Assembly (NCBI GenBank): GCA_964016885.1
Contig: OZ024741.1
Span: 49,538,001-49,602,000, forward strand
Origin: Eledone cirrhosa
Lineage: Eukaryota
Length of the DNA stretch: 64,000 bases
Direction of reading: 5' to 3'
The notes beneath the pieces are model-generated. The model saw only the letters and a program-made list of their open reading frames with translations. It searched no databases and was not told where the DNA came from. The translations under genes were made by a program, and so were the position numbers. Below are positions 39,690 through 53,640 of the stretch, one piece after another. Within the stretch, counting starts at the first letter, position 1, and every line of letters begins with the position of its first letter.

Positions 39690-40352
39690 GAAGTGCTGAA
39701 TTATTCAGATATCATCAAACTGTACATTGAACTAAAAAGGACATCCTGTATGCTATACAGCTTTTCTGCAATCAGACCTGGACACAATGCAGCAATGGAT
39801 CACAGACTGGCAACTCAAGCTGGCTGTGGACAAGTGTACCACCATGCATTTTTGGAGGAAAAACCCAGATTTCACACACTCCCTCCACAACATTAATCTC
39901 AAGAAGTCTTCTTGTGAACGTGACCTGGGCATTATTGTCAACAGCAAGTTCCATTGGACAAAGCATATCTCTAAAATTGTTAAGAAGGCTAAGGGTGTCT
40001 TGGCATCACTCAGTAAGATCTTTGTCAGCCACTCTCCAGCTATCTATTTAAAGCTGTATATAGCTATGGTGCGGCTACACTTAGAATCTGCATCACCAGT
40101 CTGGAACCCCTACCTTGTTCAGAATATTGATCTGGAAACTGTTCAGAGACAAGCAGCCAAACAAATACCCTCCATCAGGCATCTACCATACTCTGAATGC
40201 TTTGCTTCTCTGGACATGGATAAATTAAAGCTCCGATGTCTTGCAACTGACTTGGTAGATACCCACAAGATTATTAACCATCTTTTCAACAACAACCCTG
40301 AGCACCTTTTTGAATTCCATATGCCTAACACCTGTGGACATTCTTACAAATG
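39690..40352 (+). mobile_element. CR1 RT C-terminal fragment, cut by a hAT MITE
   Basis: ORF 39787-40410 homologous to 36226-36909. Confidence 0.88.
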
Positions 40353-40813
40353 CAGTGGTTCTCAACCTTTTTTTTACCTATCGACCCCTTTGATTCCTAT
40401 TTTACTCTAGTTGACCCCCATGGCCAATTGATGTTTAAAATATTATTTTTTGTTTTGTTCAGTCTGAACTCAACTCAAGGGAGGTAAATCAACGCACACA
40501 CACACACATACACACATATTCTTGTTTTAGTCCTGTAGCAAGAATATTATCTCCAGTATCATTTCTTTTGATTTTTATTAATTCCCAAGGGAATTTTTTT
40601 ACCAACTATTTTAATTAACTTTTATTTGTTTTCTTTCTCTAAGGCTTAAAATAATTTCTTTGAAAGAAAAATGTTTTCATGGACCCCTAAAATACTACTA
40701 TAGACCCCCCACCCCCACCCAGCCACCCCCCACCCCCACCCCCCAAAAATTTACTATTTTTTTCGTGTGGACCCTGCCAAATCCTTCTTATATGTATCCC
40801 AGATGAACCACTG
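40353..40813. mobile_element. hAT-type MITE
   Basis: CAGTGGTTCTCAACC ... GAACCACTG termini with subterminal GACCCC repeats. Confidence 0.65.
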
Positions 40814-40815
40814 GT

Positions 40816-40990
40816 TTAGCCCTTACATGACCATATTTCTAATGAAATACACTCTATTTCATTACTAGGATAGTAATTTAATGTAAGGATCTTATATAAA
40901 ATTATGTTGGAAGATTTTAATTTAGATTGGAAACTTTTAAAATGGACGGTTTTATTTCATAGAACCAGTTTTGGCTGGGTTGGTAACAAA
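40816..40990. mobile_element. Second piggyBac-like MITE family (decayed)
   Basis: Homologous to 45240-45455, which ends AAAAGGG-TTAA. Confidence 0.55.
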
Positions 40991-41374
40991 TGAATACAAA
41001 AAAAAACATTCACATATTCCTTTCAGATCAGAGTTCCCCAATCATTTCATTGTGTTACTATTAAATTCAGGTTCTGATTTTGGTTAAGGAATGCATATAA
41101 TGGCAGATATACAACACTTACAGTCACCTATTACCTTCATCAAGTAGAATAGCCACATATACAACAGTCAGGAGGAAAAGCCACATATGTAACAGTCCAT
41201 TTCACGTTAAACCTATCAGTCACAGGCACCCATCACCTTCATCAGCCAGGATAATTAACCACCAACTAAATAACATTAAACAGTTGAGATTCCAATCTTA
41301 CATCAAAAGCAACTAAGTTTTCTAAAACTAATTTAAAGCAGTAACCATCATTATTATTTAGTATCAATAGGGTG

Positions 41375-41575
41375 GTTATTTGGCAGTAATCAGTAGAGTG
41401 TCGGACAATATTCTTTTCAGCATAGGTCCTTTATGCTCTGAGCTCAAATCCTGCCGAGATTAGCTTTGCCTTTCATCCTTATAAAATAAAGTACTAGTAA
41501 CGCACTGAGGTTGATTTAATCAACTTTCCCCTCTCCCCAAATTGTTGGCCTTGTGCTTAAATCAGAAACCATTAT
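41375..41575 (+). mobile_element. Nin-type SINE (decayed)
   Basis: GAGCTCAAATCC..GCCTTTCATCCTT core. Confidence 0.75.
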
Positions 41576-42334
41576 TATGAAGCTAGGTAATGTTAAAAAT
41601 AACAACACAGATTTAACACAAAAGTCTATTTATTGTCACCACCAATTATTAAGACAATTTAAACTAAAACCTATTTATATTTACTAGGGACTGGTAAAAT
41701 AAACTTCAAAAGCATGTTTGTCTATTTAACTGGGACTGGCAAAGTAGCCTATTCAATAAAGAAAAGCTCTTCTATAATCAAATATTCAGAAATATGCAAT
41801 TTGTTTTGCATAGAATTTGTTTTTTAATTGAAAATATTCCACAACCAAATCTCAAACATTGGAATGAGATTAATGATAAAATGTTTGTTAATGCAGTTGT
41901 TTATTTATTTTTCATCTGTACATGATTTCAGTATGCCAATAATATCACATTAGCACATGACTAATGTCATTCTTACTAGTATCATTTGAAAAAAGAAAAA
42001 GACAAGATGGAGGATAAACCTAATTTTCTCCCTCACTATAATAGTTCTCTTCCTGCATACTTCTGTATAATTGATAACAGCTGGAGTATCATTACTTTAC
42101 TATGGCTGTAATCATGATCTCAGTTTAGTTCAGTATGTTATGTTATTGTTGTTATTAATGAGCCCCAGGTTCAGCATGTTATACTCTTGTTTCTATTAAT
42201 AATGAGCTCCAGGTCAGCAATGATTCAATGATCAAGCAGACCTAGGATCAAAGGCATTCTAACAATAACCATCCTACTTGTTTTTTTTTTTTATTCAAAC
42301 AATTTATCTAATACAATATTATCTAATGTGTTCT

Positions 42335-42530
42335 GAGGGCGGTAAATTTGTAGAATCTGTAGAGCATCGGACAATATGCTTTGCGATATAGAGTTGCAAC
42401 CCTTTATGTTCTGAGTTCAAATCCCACCAAGGTTAGCTTTGCCTTTCATCCTTATGGGATTGATAAAATAAAGTTAATCTACTTTCCCCATCTCCAAAAA
42501 TTGTTGGCTTTGTACCTAAATCAGAAAACA
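42335..42530 (+). mobile_element. Nin-type SINE (decayed)
   Basis: GAGTTCAAATCCC..GCCTTTCATCCTT core. Confidence 0.75.
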
Positions 42531-42817
42531 TTATCTAATGTCCTTTGCATTTTTAAAAGATAAGAACTTGTAGTTTGAGGGAAGTTTGGTTGTCATTTCT
42601 AACAAGCCGAGGGACCATATAGAAGCTTTGTCATTGTTGCATAGTTCTCCAAGTGTGTTCTTATATAATCAAACTTTTAGTGAAGCTTGGTTATGAGGAA
42701 GCCTCTACACTATTGCTAGATTTGCTTGGAATAGTAGACAAATGCTCTCGTATTACACTGTACTGTCTTAAAAAAAAGGAAAGATGTATTGGATAATGTA
42801 GTCTTAAATACATAATG

Positions 42818-43566
42818 CCCCTGCAACTCTAAGAGTTAAAAAATGTTTCCGAAAGTCATGGGAGCTGTGCTGTTTTCTAACTTTGTAGGCATGCCCACGT
42901 GTGTTAGACACATAGAGATCAAAAAGGTGCTCAGGGTTGTTGTTGGCAAGATGGTTAATAACTTTGTGGGTGTTTACCAAGTCCATTACCAGACGTCGGA
43001 GCTTCAATGAATTCATGCCCAGGGAAGCAAGGCGTTCAGAGTATGGTAGGTGTCTGATGGAGAGTATGCGCTTGGTTGCACGTCTCTGAATAGTTTCCAG
43101 GAGGTCAATGTTCTGAGCAAGATAGGGGTTCCAGACTGATGATGCGAATTCCAAGTGTGGTCGTACCATAGCTGTATACAGTTTTAAATAGATGGCTGGA
43201 GAGCGGCTAACAAAGGTCTTGCTGAGTGATGCCAAGACACCCTCGGCCTTCTTGACAATTTTAGAGATGTGCTTTGTCCAACGCAAATCGCTGCTGACAG
43301 TAATGCCCAGGTCACATTCACAAGAGCAATTCTTGATATCAGTGTTGTGGAGGGAGTATGTGGACACTGGATTTTTCCTCCGAAAATGCATGGTGGTACA
43401 CTTGTCCACAGCCAGCTTCAGTTGCCAGTCTGTGATCCATTGCTGCATTGTGTCCAGGTCTGATTGTAGGAAAGAGTTATAGATTTCAGGATCTGTCTTT
43501 TTGATTTCAAGGTACAGCTTGATGTCATCTGCATATTTCAGTACTGTGGCATTCTTTAAGTTGGCA
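42818..43566 (-). mobile_element. CR1 RT C-terminal fragment
   Basis: ORF 42804-43448 (-): ECDLG, VRPHLEFASSVWNP, TRGH; YADDIKL upstream. Confidence 0.9.
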
Positions 43567-43869
43567 TATATATATATAATTTATAAATAAAACATCTAAA
43601 ATGTCATGCTTGGTGGTTGTATCTAATTAAACTGGGATCAACTGGTATTGTCTAAAAATAGAGGTGAGATTCAGTACATCTAATAAAACAAAAATTCTTA
43701 GATATAATTGTGTAAGCATTTATTGATCTCTTGATAGTTAAATATCATGTTATATAACATATAACACAATAACAGAATTGTTAGAGCGGCATTTGTTCCA
43801 GCCTTTTACATGTTCTTCAAAATTTACCTTTCATCGTTCTGGAATCGATAAAATAAAATATTACTCAAA

Positions 43870-44073
43870 TACAAGAGTCAGCTGAGAGGTTCATAGGATG
43901 ACCAAGATACTCTCATGGAATGTGAATAAATGAGGTTTATTTTTCAACATAGTCCCTGGAAAGAAACAATGCAGTTATTAATAAGAAGAATTGAAAATAA
44001 GGCATGCAAGATTTCACAGCTCTAGCATCACTCCTTCATAGTGAATGTATGAACTTTTTAGTTGACCCTCGTA
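43870..44073. mobile_element. Tc1/mariner-type MITE
   Basis: Reverse complement of 33033-33240. Confidence 0.65.
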
Positions 44074-44664
44074 CAGTAGACTTGACTAACCTTTCCCCAA
44101 AATCTCTTCTGGCCATATGCCTATGTTAGAAATTGTTAAACTGCACACATTATAAGTGATTCTCTGATGTTTTTTATATGTTATTTCTTCAAGTTTAATA
44201 TTTATATGATTGACTTTGTTATTCCAAAAGAAATATTGAAATATTCCTTCTTGTTCAATACAGTTGATATATTAACTTAGTCTTGTTGCATTGCTGTATG
44301 TTGTTTTTCTGTTGGTAGTGATAGGGGTTAAACCCTAATTTTGTGATTGGAATTAATTGATTTTATCTCCTTTCACTGATTTGATTTGTGGTTTGTCTTA
44401 TCCTTACTTTATCATCATCATCAGCATCATCATTTAACGTCTATTTTCCACGCTAGCCTTCGTTCATTCTATTTCCTCCAATTAATCAGGATACAAAACA
44501 TAATATAATCCACCATGTAGGAAATGAATCACTTTCATTTAAATCTATTAGTAGCCAAAAATTACTAATTTACTCTAATTAAATTATTTTGATTTTTTTC
44601 TTTCTTAAATAATATATCTAAATTGGTGAGATGCTGTTGCTCAACTGAAGCACTGAAGGTGTGT

Positions 44665-44935
44665 ATCATCATCATCATCGTTTAAAGTCTATTTTCCATG
44701 CTAGCATGGGTAGGACAGGCTGTCTCTTTGTGAGAAATTCGATTTGAAGGACCGTGTTTCACTCACGCAGAACTGGCTTGGTTTCTACGGCTGGATGCCC
44801 TTCCTAATGCCAACCACATTTACAGTGTGTGCTGGGTGCTTTTTGTCATGACACCTACATGACAATTTTACAATGTGGACTGGGTGATTTTTGTCATGAC
44901 ACCTACCTGACCACTATATAGTGTGGGTTAGGCTC
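44665..44935 (-). mobile_element. RTE 3'-tail fragment
   Basis: (CAT)n + GGCTGGATGCCCTTCCTAATGCCAACCAC + 44-bp units. Confidence 0.8.
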
Positions 44936-45239
44936 TTTTGTCCTGGCTCCAGGTGGGGGGTGGGGGGGGGGGTGGAAGATGCATGGAGCAATTGGGGATG
45001 TAGGTATAGGGGTGGGATGATTGCAAGGGAGGTTTATTGTAGGGGAAGGTGTTGCTTACTAGATATATGCCTACTTCATGAAATCAACTCGGAGAAAAAT
45101 GATTGACTTTTCTTTACTATTAACTAAGAGAACATTAATCAGATAAACTAAATAAATAAATAAAAGCACCATGACTAATTTACAGAATGTCTATGATATT
45201 CCCCAGTGTTTTTAAATTTTCTAATTTAGTCAAGCATTT

Positions 45240-45455
45240 TAACCATGACCATATTCTAATGAAATACACCCTATTAATGAAGTATTTTGAGGGATTTACT
45301 AAAATTATTAATTATTTCATTACTAAGATTGAACTTAATGTATATATATAAAATTATATTGGAAGATTTTAATTTAGATTGGAAACTTTAAAATGATTGG
45401 AAACTTTAAAAAGAGCCAGAGCCGGTTTTGGCCTGGTTTGTAACAAAAGGGTTAA
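45240..45455. mobile_element. piggyBac-like MITE (family 2)
   Basis: TTAACC...AAAAGGGTTAA; homologous to 40816-40990. Confidence 0.55.
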
Positions 45456-46289
45456 TATTGGTCAAATCTGTAGCAAAATATTGGGGTTCGGTGGAAATAT
45501 TTATTGTGAGAAAACCACCACATGGCTTAGTGGTTAGTGTGTTGGGCTTGCAATCGGGAGGTTCTGAGTTTGATTCTCAGATCAGGTGATGTGTTGTGTC
45601 CTTGAGCCACATATATTGTAGCCATTAGAAAAAGCAAAAATGAATGCTTTCACCTTTGAAAGAGGGGAGACTCAAGAAGACATGCTGACTTCAAATCTAA
45701 TCTATTTTATTTCTTGAAAGTTTATTTCAATTCTGTTATTGTTATTCTCTTACTTCTTGTTCTGTAGCCAAACTAAAGAGCAAAAACCACAACTTTAATT
45801 ACTCAAGGAGGCAACCTCTATATCACTCAACATGTTCATTTATATCACACCTTACCATCCCCCAAAATGAAGGACACATCATCATTTTTAAGTCTGTTTT
45901 CCCACGTTTGTATGAATTGAACAGGTCCTTTCCAGCATAGCATCTCTCCACTCACTGCATTCCTTTGTCATCTTCTCTGTGGGTTTCAGCGATTTCAGAT
46001 TAGCTGTTACCACCCCCGCCCAAGTCTTTTTTTTTGTCTACCTCTACTGTGGCTTCCTTCCACTGGGATTTCCTGACACTTCTTCACCCAGCGATCATCA
46101 TCCATACACATCACACGTCTGTATCAACACAGTCTTCTCTCCTGCACACTACCTCAGATTCTCCTTAAACCCAGTTTCTCCCTCAGCTCATCCAAATATA
46201 CTATAACTTTAAAAAGTGGGATGGTCATGTTTGGAATGCCTTTGATTATGGCTTAGCAACAATTGCAATAATAATAATAATACTAATGA

Positions 46290-46440
46290 TTATAGACATA
46301 AGGCCAGCAATTTGGGGAGAGAAGAAAGTCGATTAAATCGACCCCAGTGCATTACTGATACTTTATTTTATATACCTTGTAAGGATGAAAGGCAAAGCTA
46401 ACTTCAACAGGATTTGAACTCAGAATGTAAAGGGCCATAT
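46290..46440 (-). mobile_element. Nin-type SINE fragment
   Basis: AAGGATGAAAGGCAAAG..GGATTTGAACTCAG. Confidence 0.75.
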
Positions 46441-47099
46441 ATAATAATAAAAATAATAACAACCACAAGCTTTGACCTTCTAGAAATAGCTTCAAAATTT
46501 AAATGATACCTCATCATTATTGAAGAATGTAGTCCTACATATGCAAAGGGGAAGGATGATCATGGCTGGAATGCTATTGCTAAACAAAAAGATAACGACT
46601 TCATAAGTATATTTTTAACTTGTCATGGAGATAGTTTAAATGTTGTGAGAAGAGTGTGTGTTGAGTTATATTTTACTAAACAAGAAGGTAACTACTTATT
46701 GTTTATTTCTAATGTCTCATGAAGATAGTTTTAGTGTTGTGACAAAGGAGTGTGTTGTTTATCATCATCATTGTTTAATGTCTTACATGGTGTTATATTT
46801 TTTTTTTTAAATGTTATTTCATTTGCTGTTTTGTAATTTTTTTTCCAAAGTTCACAGTTGTATAAATAACATTAAAAATTGTTTATAGTTCTTACATAAT
46901 GAAAATATAAACACAGATATAAATACATAATAAATACAGTTTTGTATTGATTTAAATATTCCTATAGTGCCAGAAGTTATTTATCTAGTGTTATTGCCAT
47001 GATAAAATGTATCCAGTACATGCTGTAAAGTATTAGGAAGAGTATCCAGCCATAGAAACCATGCCTCCTCCTCCTTCTTCACCCACTTATTCCTGAAAG

Positions 47100-47350
47100 G
47101 ATCATGGAGACAGAATCCTCAAACACTCCTCCCAGCAGGTCCTGTCAGAAGTAACTGTCTCTAACATATCCAGCTGGATCCCCAAGCGAGAACAGCCAAG
47201 CACATGGATGTTATCCAACCATCTTGCTCGGGGTCTAGCCCTGGGTATCTTGCCAGTTGGTTTTGCCTGTAAAATCTGTCCAGCGATTCTTTCATCAGAA
47301 ATTCTATCCACATGACTATAGTATTGAAGCTGGGATCTCTCAGTTTGGAG
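47100..47350 (-). mobile_element. C-terminal fragment of another RTE family
   Basis: RISDERIAGQILQAKPTGKIPRARPRARWLD..DRTCW resembles an RTE C-terminus (GRPR.RW). Confidence 0.65.
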
Positions 47351-47479
47351 GAATAGTCAATATATGAAATGTATGAGCAACACGTTTCTCTGACCTGTCT
47401 AGTTGTGGACCATGATCACCCATCCAAACTATACCAGCATAGAAAACATATAAAATAATGATGTAGATATAATATAATA

Positions 47480-47690
47480 ATGAAAATTGTGTACAGTGCT
47501 TAGGTGCACTACAACTCATGAAAGGTGCTTGTATAGTACATAGAATAATCTACAAATGCCAGGAAAATAAACAGTGTATGAGTCATGATATATACACAGA
47601 CATATGCATGTATGTGTATTGAGGAGGAATATCAGATGTAGTGTTGGCGAATTTTGGGAAGCATGGAAGTTTTGAAAGACGTAGTGTCCC
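47480..47690 (-). mobile_element. CR1 3' UTR fragment
   Basis: Reverse complement of about 36850-37055. Confidence 0.8.
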
Positions 47691-49509
47691 ATGATGATGA
47701 TCTGTTTAAATTTCATATGAATTATTCTTTAGTTACAAATCTTGAATACCTATTTTAAAACCTCAGTTTCAAACAGATAATTTTTCTTAAATTAAATTCA
47801 CCCAAATTTAATTAGTAGATATCTTTAAATGTTCTATTTGATTGGGGAAATGCAATGGTTAAACATATCCTCCTAGTAAAGAAATCTTGTGTGACTCTTG
47901 GAATTAATACCAAAGAAATTAAAACACTAAAGTTTATATTCAAAGTTTATCTAAATCAATATTAGTGGTTATATTTCTAAACAAGGACAACTTTTCTGGA
48001 AGTTATTATCTGAAATAATAATCATGGTAAAATTCATTAAAAAAGTTTGTTGCTTTAATAAACATATTGAACTATATATTTTTTTAATTATATTTTATTA
48101 TCTATTTCTAGCCTAGAGTGGCAAGTATTTCCTTTCTCCTGTTTATTTCTGACAAGGAAACCTGCCATATTTGACAGCGAATGGCATTTTAGTTGAAGTT
48201 AAGCAGACAGTAGACAAATAAAGACTCCCCACCCTAACTATCTACTAGCTACAATCTAGTCTGCTTTTCTAAGACTAACTGTCAACCAGCTTTGGCTACA
48301 AACAACAATAAAAGCTGTCCTACTGTCAACATACAAAGCCAGCAAGTCCCTGCATGCTAAAGTAATTCATTATGTTAAATACATCCTCTGCACCCATCCT
48401 GGTCACCTAGCATCACCAACCCACCAATTCTAGTTTTCCTAAGAAGCTAGCTAGCAAGCTATACAACTGGTGGGGAAAGTTATGGAAAACTGGTTTTACT
48501 ACTACTACATTGGTCAGATGGTTGACTTCTCTGCCCTGATGAAATATTTTAGGAATTACACTTGGATACAGGAAGTAAATATAATAAATAAAGAGTTCAA
48601 TACTGAGTCACCATACTGACAGGATTAGGCAGTATGTAGTTATTAAAATCCCTGGGTTTCAGGAAGACTAATTTTCTCTTTTGATGGAATTTGTCATCCA
48701 CTGCCTCATTGGTGTGTAGAATATATAAGCATAGCTTATTTAGGATAAAAGTGTTCACCTACTAAACAGATTTCTGGTTCAAATATTTGCAATTTTCATT
48801 GTATTGTATTTAACTAATTCCATGCATGTTTTTTCTTTTTTTTTCTTTTTCTATTATATTCTACAAACATTCCAGAACATATAAAGAATATTTGTTATAA
48901 ATAGAAAACTTCAAGAATGAAGCTTCCAAAATACCACTTTTGTTTTTGCAAGTAATTCATTGAGAAACCTCATAATCTTAACTTCTAGAACACTCCAAGC
49001 CCTACCATATTTGAAAAGAAGGGGCAGAATTTTTTCATATCACACCCTACCATATTTGAAAAGAAGGGGCACATTAGATAATATAGTGATAGGTTAATCA
49101 GATGGAATGGTCACAGCTGGAATGACTTTAATCATATTGGACTCATCTATGGTTAAATAAGTGTTGTTTGTTATTCGTTGTATATGATCTATTTGTCTTT
49201 ACAAAAATTAAATCTACTGAAAAGAATTTGGTATAATTATATCAAATTGTGTGTGTGTGTGTGTGTGCGCGCGCATATGTGTGTGCGCATTTCAATTCAT
49301 AATTAACAATACTACAGGCAAGGTAGACATTTGGGTATGGATATAGTTTCTTATCTATGTGGGTGTTGGAAGAGATATGCTTTTTATGTGTCCATATTTT
49401 TCTTTGCCTATGGCTGTAAAATGTGCTGCAGAGGCCTGAAAATAGGGGACCATAAATACAAGGGTTAACTGAAAAGTTCATAGGCTGACTAAGATACTCT
49501 CATGGAATG

Positions 49510-50450
49510 TAGACAGCATCTTTTGGCGTTAGCTGAGCCCCAATCAAAGCTGGTTGGATGCTGAGGACAACGTCTTGGAATTCAGCTTTGCTGTAACTCA
49601 TATTTATGACATAGGACTTGCACAGTTTGATCTCAAGTCCCAGGAGCTTTAGGAGTGAGATGACTTGTTGAGGGTCCTCAACAACAGATTCAACTGAGTC
49701 ATCCAGGTGCCAGACATTGAGGGGTGAAGTGACTGAGTGAACTATGTCATTGACAGTCAACACAAAGAGCGGCGGGTTGAGTGGGTTCCTTTGTTGGTCA
49801 CCTGTGGCAGAAGTGACTTTGTTGTCAGCAGCCATGAGTGTGCTGGGTGTCCCATAGGAGAGGTGTGTAAGGGGGAGTAATGAGAAAGCACATCTAAGAT
49901 GTGATCCCTCCTAACACTGTTGAAGGTGTTTTTGATGTCCAGCTTCACTATGAAATGATCATGAAGGAGGAGTGTGTTCTGTGTAGTGTCAGGCCACATA
50001 GGCAGCCGCTGCACATCCATAGCTGGACAGGGCTTAATGCCTCAGGTCATCCATGACTGACCTGCTGACTTGACCAGAAGATGCCAAAAGACATTGCACA
50101 TTGCAATTGGATGGATACCTCCATTCTTTTTCAATGCAGTTAAATTGGCTGAGAAGCCTGTTTGTTAGCTCAGTGATAGACCAGAGCAGACATACTCCCA
50201 CCTCACTAGAGTGTGGTGAGATTAGATTTCTAAGGTGGCCGGGTCACAGGTCATCTACTCAGCTACTGCTGCTCCCTGGGAAGGATCTCAGGGTACTATC
50301 ACATCTTCATTGGACATGGTCATGGCTATGTCACTGTCAGGGATTTGGAGATCCAGATGTTTGAGAGGGAGAGCAGCTAGGACATCTGGTATTGGTCAAA
50401 GAATCATGTCACTCAAAGCCAGTATGTGCACCACTGCAAAAATGTGGCCC
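49510..50450 (-). mobile_element. Decayed CRE-clade non-LTR RT fragment
   Basis: VKLDIKNTFNSVRRDHIL, QQRNPLNPPLF (QQGDPLGPLLF), WHLDD (WYLDD) and a PGS..DL.P.HL remnant are CRE-type RT signatures. Confidence 0.7.
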
Positions 50451-51194
50451 TAGTAATTGAAAATGAAGAAATAAAAATTATGTTGAAAGGTTCTATAGTA
50501 ACTTGTCTGTCTTAGGACAGTAACAGCAAACTTTGTTAAAAAATATACCTGTTATTGGAATTTGACTTACATGTTTCAGTTTTAGGTAAATGTTTAGTGA
50601 TAAGCAATTATTATTCTAAATACATTTCTAGCAGTTTTGATAAAATACAACTTGAAATTTTAAAATATATTCATCTAACTAATAAAAGAAAATGTTTAAA
50701 GTTACCATGACATTTTTGACATTTTCAAAGTCCACAGCAGGTCACCTAAAAAGCTTATAGTGCGTCATTGCTGACACACTTGTCATAGGTTTCTTATAAT
50801 GGATCTATGGGTATAATTACAAAGGATGCATCAGCATTATTGGAACATAAAACTTGGCTTTCTCAGTCAAACATTTTAACCTTTTAGCAATTGTGGATAA
50901 CATTGATGTATGCGATAGTTTTTTCTAGAGAACTAAAGACTAAAGATTGTGAGACTTATGCTTACTTATACCTCCACTTCACAAAGGTTACATGTTATTC
51001 TTTTTAAAACACATCTTCATACAAGTGTGTGTTCTCATGCACACACATATTAAAGTATTTTAGAAATGACTTTTCTTATAAAGTGTACTATCAATTTCTG
51101 TTAAAAGGTGATTTTTTTTTTACAATTTCGTATGAAATTGTTGGTACATTTGAGTAAATTAAATTTCATACCAATTTTATTTCTTTTTAAATAT

Positions 51195-52000
51195 CCTGCT
51201 AAGGTTAGCTTTACCTGTCATCCTTATGTGGTCGATAAAATAAAGTACCAGTAATGCACTGGAGCGATTAAATTGAGTTTCCCTTTCCTTGAAATTGTTG
51301 ACCTTGTACCTAAAATCAGAAACCATTATTTAGTGGATTGGCAGTATCGGTATAGGGTCAGACACCATGCTTTGCAGCATAGTTACGTCCCTTTACGATC
51401 TGAGTTCAAATCTCGCCGAGGTTGACTTTGCCTTTCATCCTTACGGGGTCGATAAAATAAAGTACCAGTAATGCACTGGGTAATTGCTGGCCTTGTGCCT
51501 AAAGTAGAAACAATTATTTAGCTTTGGCAGTATCGGTAGAAGGTCGGACGCCATGCTTTCCAGCATAGTTACGTCCCTTTATGATCTGAGTTCAAATCCC
51601 GCCGAGGTTGACTTTGCCTTTCATCCTTACGGGGTCGATAAAATAAAGTACCAGTAATGCACTGGGTAATTGCTGGCCTTGTGCCTAACGTAGAAACAAT
51701 TATTTAGCTTTGCCTTTCATCCTCATGGAGTTGATAATATAAAGTACTAGTAATACACCGGGGTCAATTTAATCGAGTTTCTCCTCCCCCCAAATTGCTT
51801 GCCTTGTTATTATTATTGGATTGGCAGTATCAGTAGAGGGTCGGACACCATGCTTTGCAGCATAGAGTTACAGCCCTTTCCGGTCTGAGTTCAAATCCCG
51901 CCGAGGTTAACTTTGCCTTTCATCCTCACAGGGTCGATAAAATAAAGTACCAGTAATACACTGGAATAATTGCTGGCCTTGTGCCAAAAGTAGAAACAAT
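51195..52000 (+). mobile_element. Cluster of about 5 head-to-tail Nin-type SINEs
   Basis: Units near 51195, 51334, 51523, 51706 and 51818 with the shared core. Confidence 0.9.
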
Positions 52001-52184
52001 TATGATAATATATTAAGATTTACTTATATCAACAGGTCATGAAGTAGTGACAGAGTTGTATAATCAGTTTAATGTGGTATATAACTGGTATTTGCTTTAT
52101 TGGCACTAAATGGATGATATAAAATCAGCCCCTAAATGGATATAACGAAATACTAATAGTGAAAGATGTAGCAAAAGAAACTGG

Positions 52185-52440
52185 TACTCTTGGGTCTCGA
52201 ATAATCGTCTCCCTTCCCCTGCTTATTAATCTTTTATTTCACCTACCTACCCCATTTATTAAATTTTGCTAATCTATCCCCTGCAAAATTTTGTATTTAA
52301 AAAAAATATTAACGGAGACAACCTAGAAAATTTACCAATTTTCCAGGCCCACTACCCCACTTATTCCAACACCCCTGCTTATTCCACCCACATCCCTCTT
52401 ATTTCATACCCTTCCCCTATTATTTAGGACACGAGAGGAC
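52185..52440. mobile_element. Possible decayed MITE
   Basis: Imperfect TIRs TACTCTTGGGTCTCGAATAA / TATTTAGGACACGAGAG; internal CCCC..CTTATT repeats. Confidence 0.45.
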
Positions 52441-53537
52441 TCCCTACCCTCTCTGCTATTTACTGGCCTAAATTTTCTTAAGAAATTCTGTTTGAACATC
52501 TTGCCAATTTTATGTGAATAAGTGTACAATTTAAAAAATATAAATTCTTCAGTCCTTTTCTTTTCTTCTATAATTTATCTTCTCTTATACTTTTCCTTTC
52601 CCTTATATCAGAAGTAGGATAGTTCAAAAATACATTTTATTTGGTACTGTAGCCAAGTGGGGTTTGGTTGCTAGTTGTAAACTTTATCAATTAGATTATA
52701 TAGAAAACTTCTAAGTTGTCAAACATGAAATAGTTTCTTTTTCTAATCTTCTTTTCTTTCATCTTTGAATAGAGCAAATAAAAGAACTTCTTTGTAACTC
52801 TCTTACATGATGTTGTTAGTTCTACCTCTTTTCACAAAACTATCTAACCCTGTTATGTAGAATGCTTATGAGAGCATTAGAATTTGTAACCTTGTTCTTA
52901 AATTGAGTTTCCACACATGCATCACTAATGCTAGTTATGCTTTGGACGAATCAGCATATCTTATTTATTTATTTTAATATAATGTGTTTGGAGTACAATT
53001 TCCTAGTAGAATGTCTAAAAATAAGAAAAAATATATTTCTTAAAAATAGAAATTTGATTAAGAAATTTCACTGGAAACGTTTTTGATATGCTGTTAAATT
53101 TTGTTCTGTAGTTGATTACGGAATTTAAAGTTCTTTGTCTTTAAATTTCGTTGTCTTTCCAGTATGTATTTCTTTTACACCTTTTCTTATATAGTAGCAG
53201 ATAATAAAGAAGTCACTCAGCTGAGATGTAAGAACAATACTTTCTCATTAAAATTAAAAAAAATTTCAATAGTTTCATAAACATGAGAAGATAAAACTAT
53301 ACTTGGTTCAACATCATACTAGGATTTCTCAGAGTTGTTTAACTCCAGATCAACTTTCATTAAGCAGACTTATGATCAAATGCATTTCAGCTGTTACTGA
53401 CCCTTCTCTTTAGGAGTATCAGGGCTATATTATCTTATATATTTTTTTAGTATAGTAGGGTGTGATCTGAAAGAGATCTGCTATATCTAGTAGGTTCAGT
53501 GAATTCATAGAGGCTTCTTCACCATGTTGATGAATCA

Positions 53538-53640
53538 TCCCGCCGAGGTTAACTTTGCCTTTCATCCTTACGGGGTCGATAAAATAAAGTACCAGTAATG
53601 CACTGGGTAATTGCTGGCCTTGTGCCAAAAGTAGAAACAA
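53538..53640 (+). mobile_element. Nin-type SINE 3' half
   Basis: Near-identical to about 51597-51700. Confidence 0.85.
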
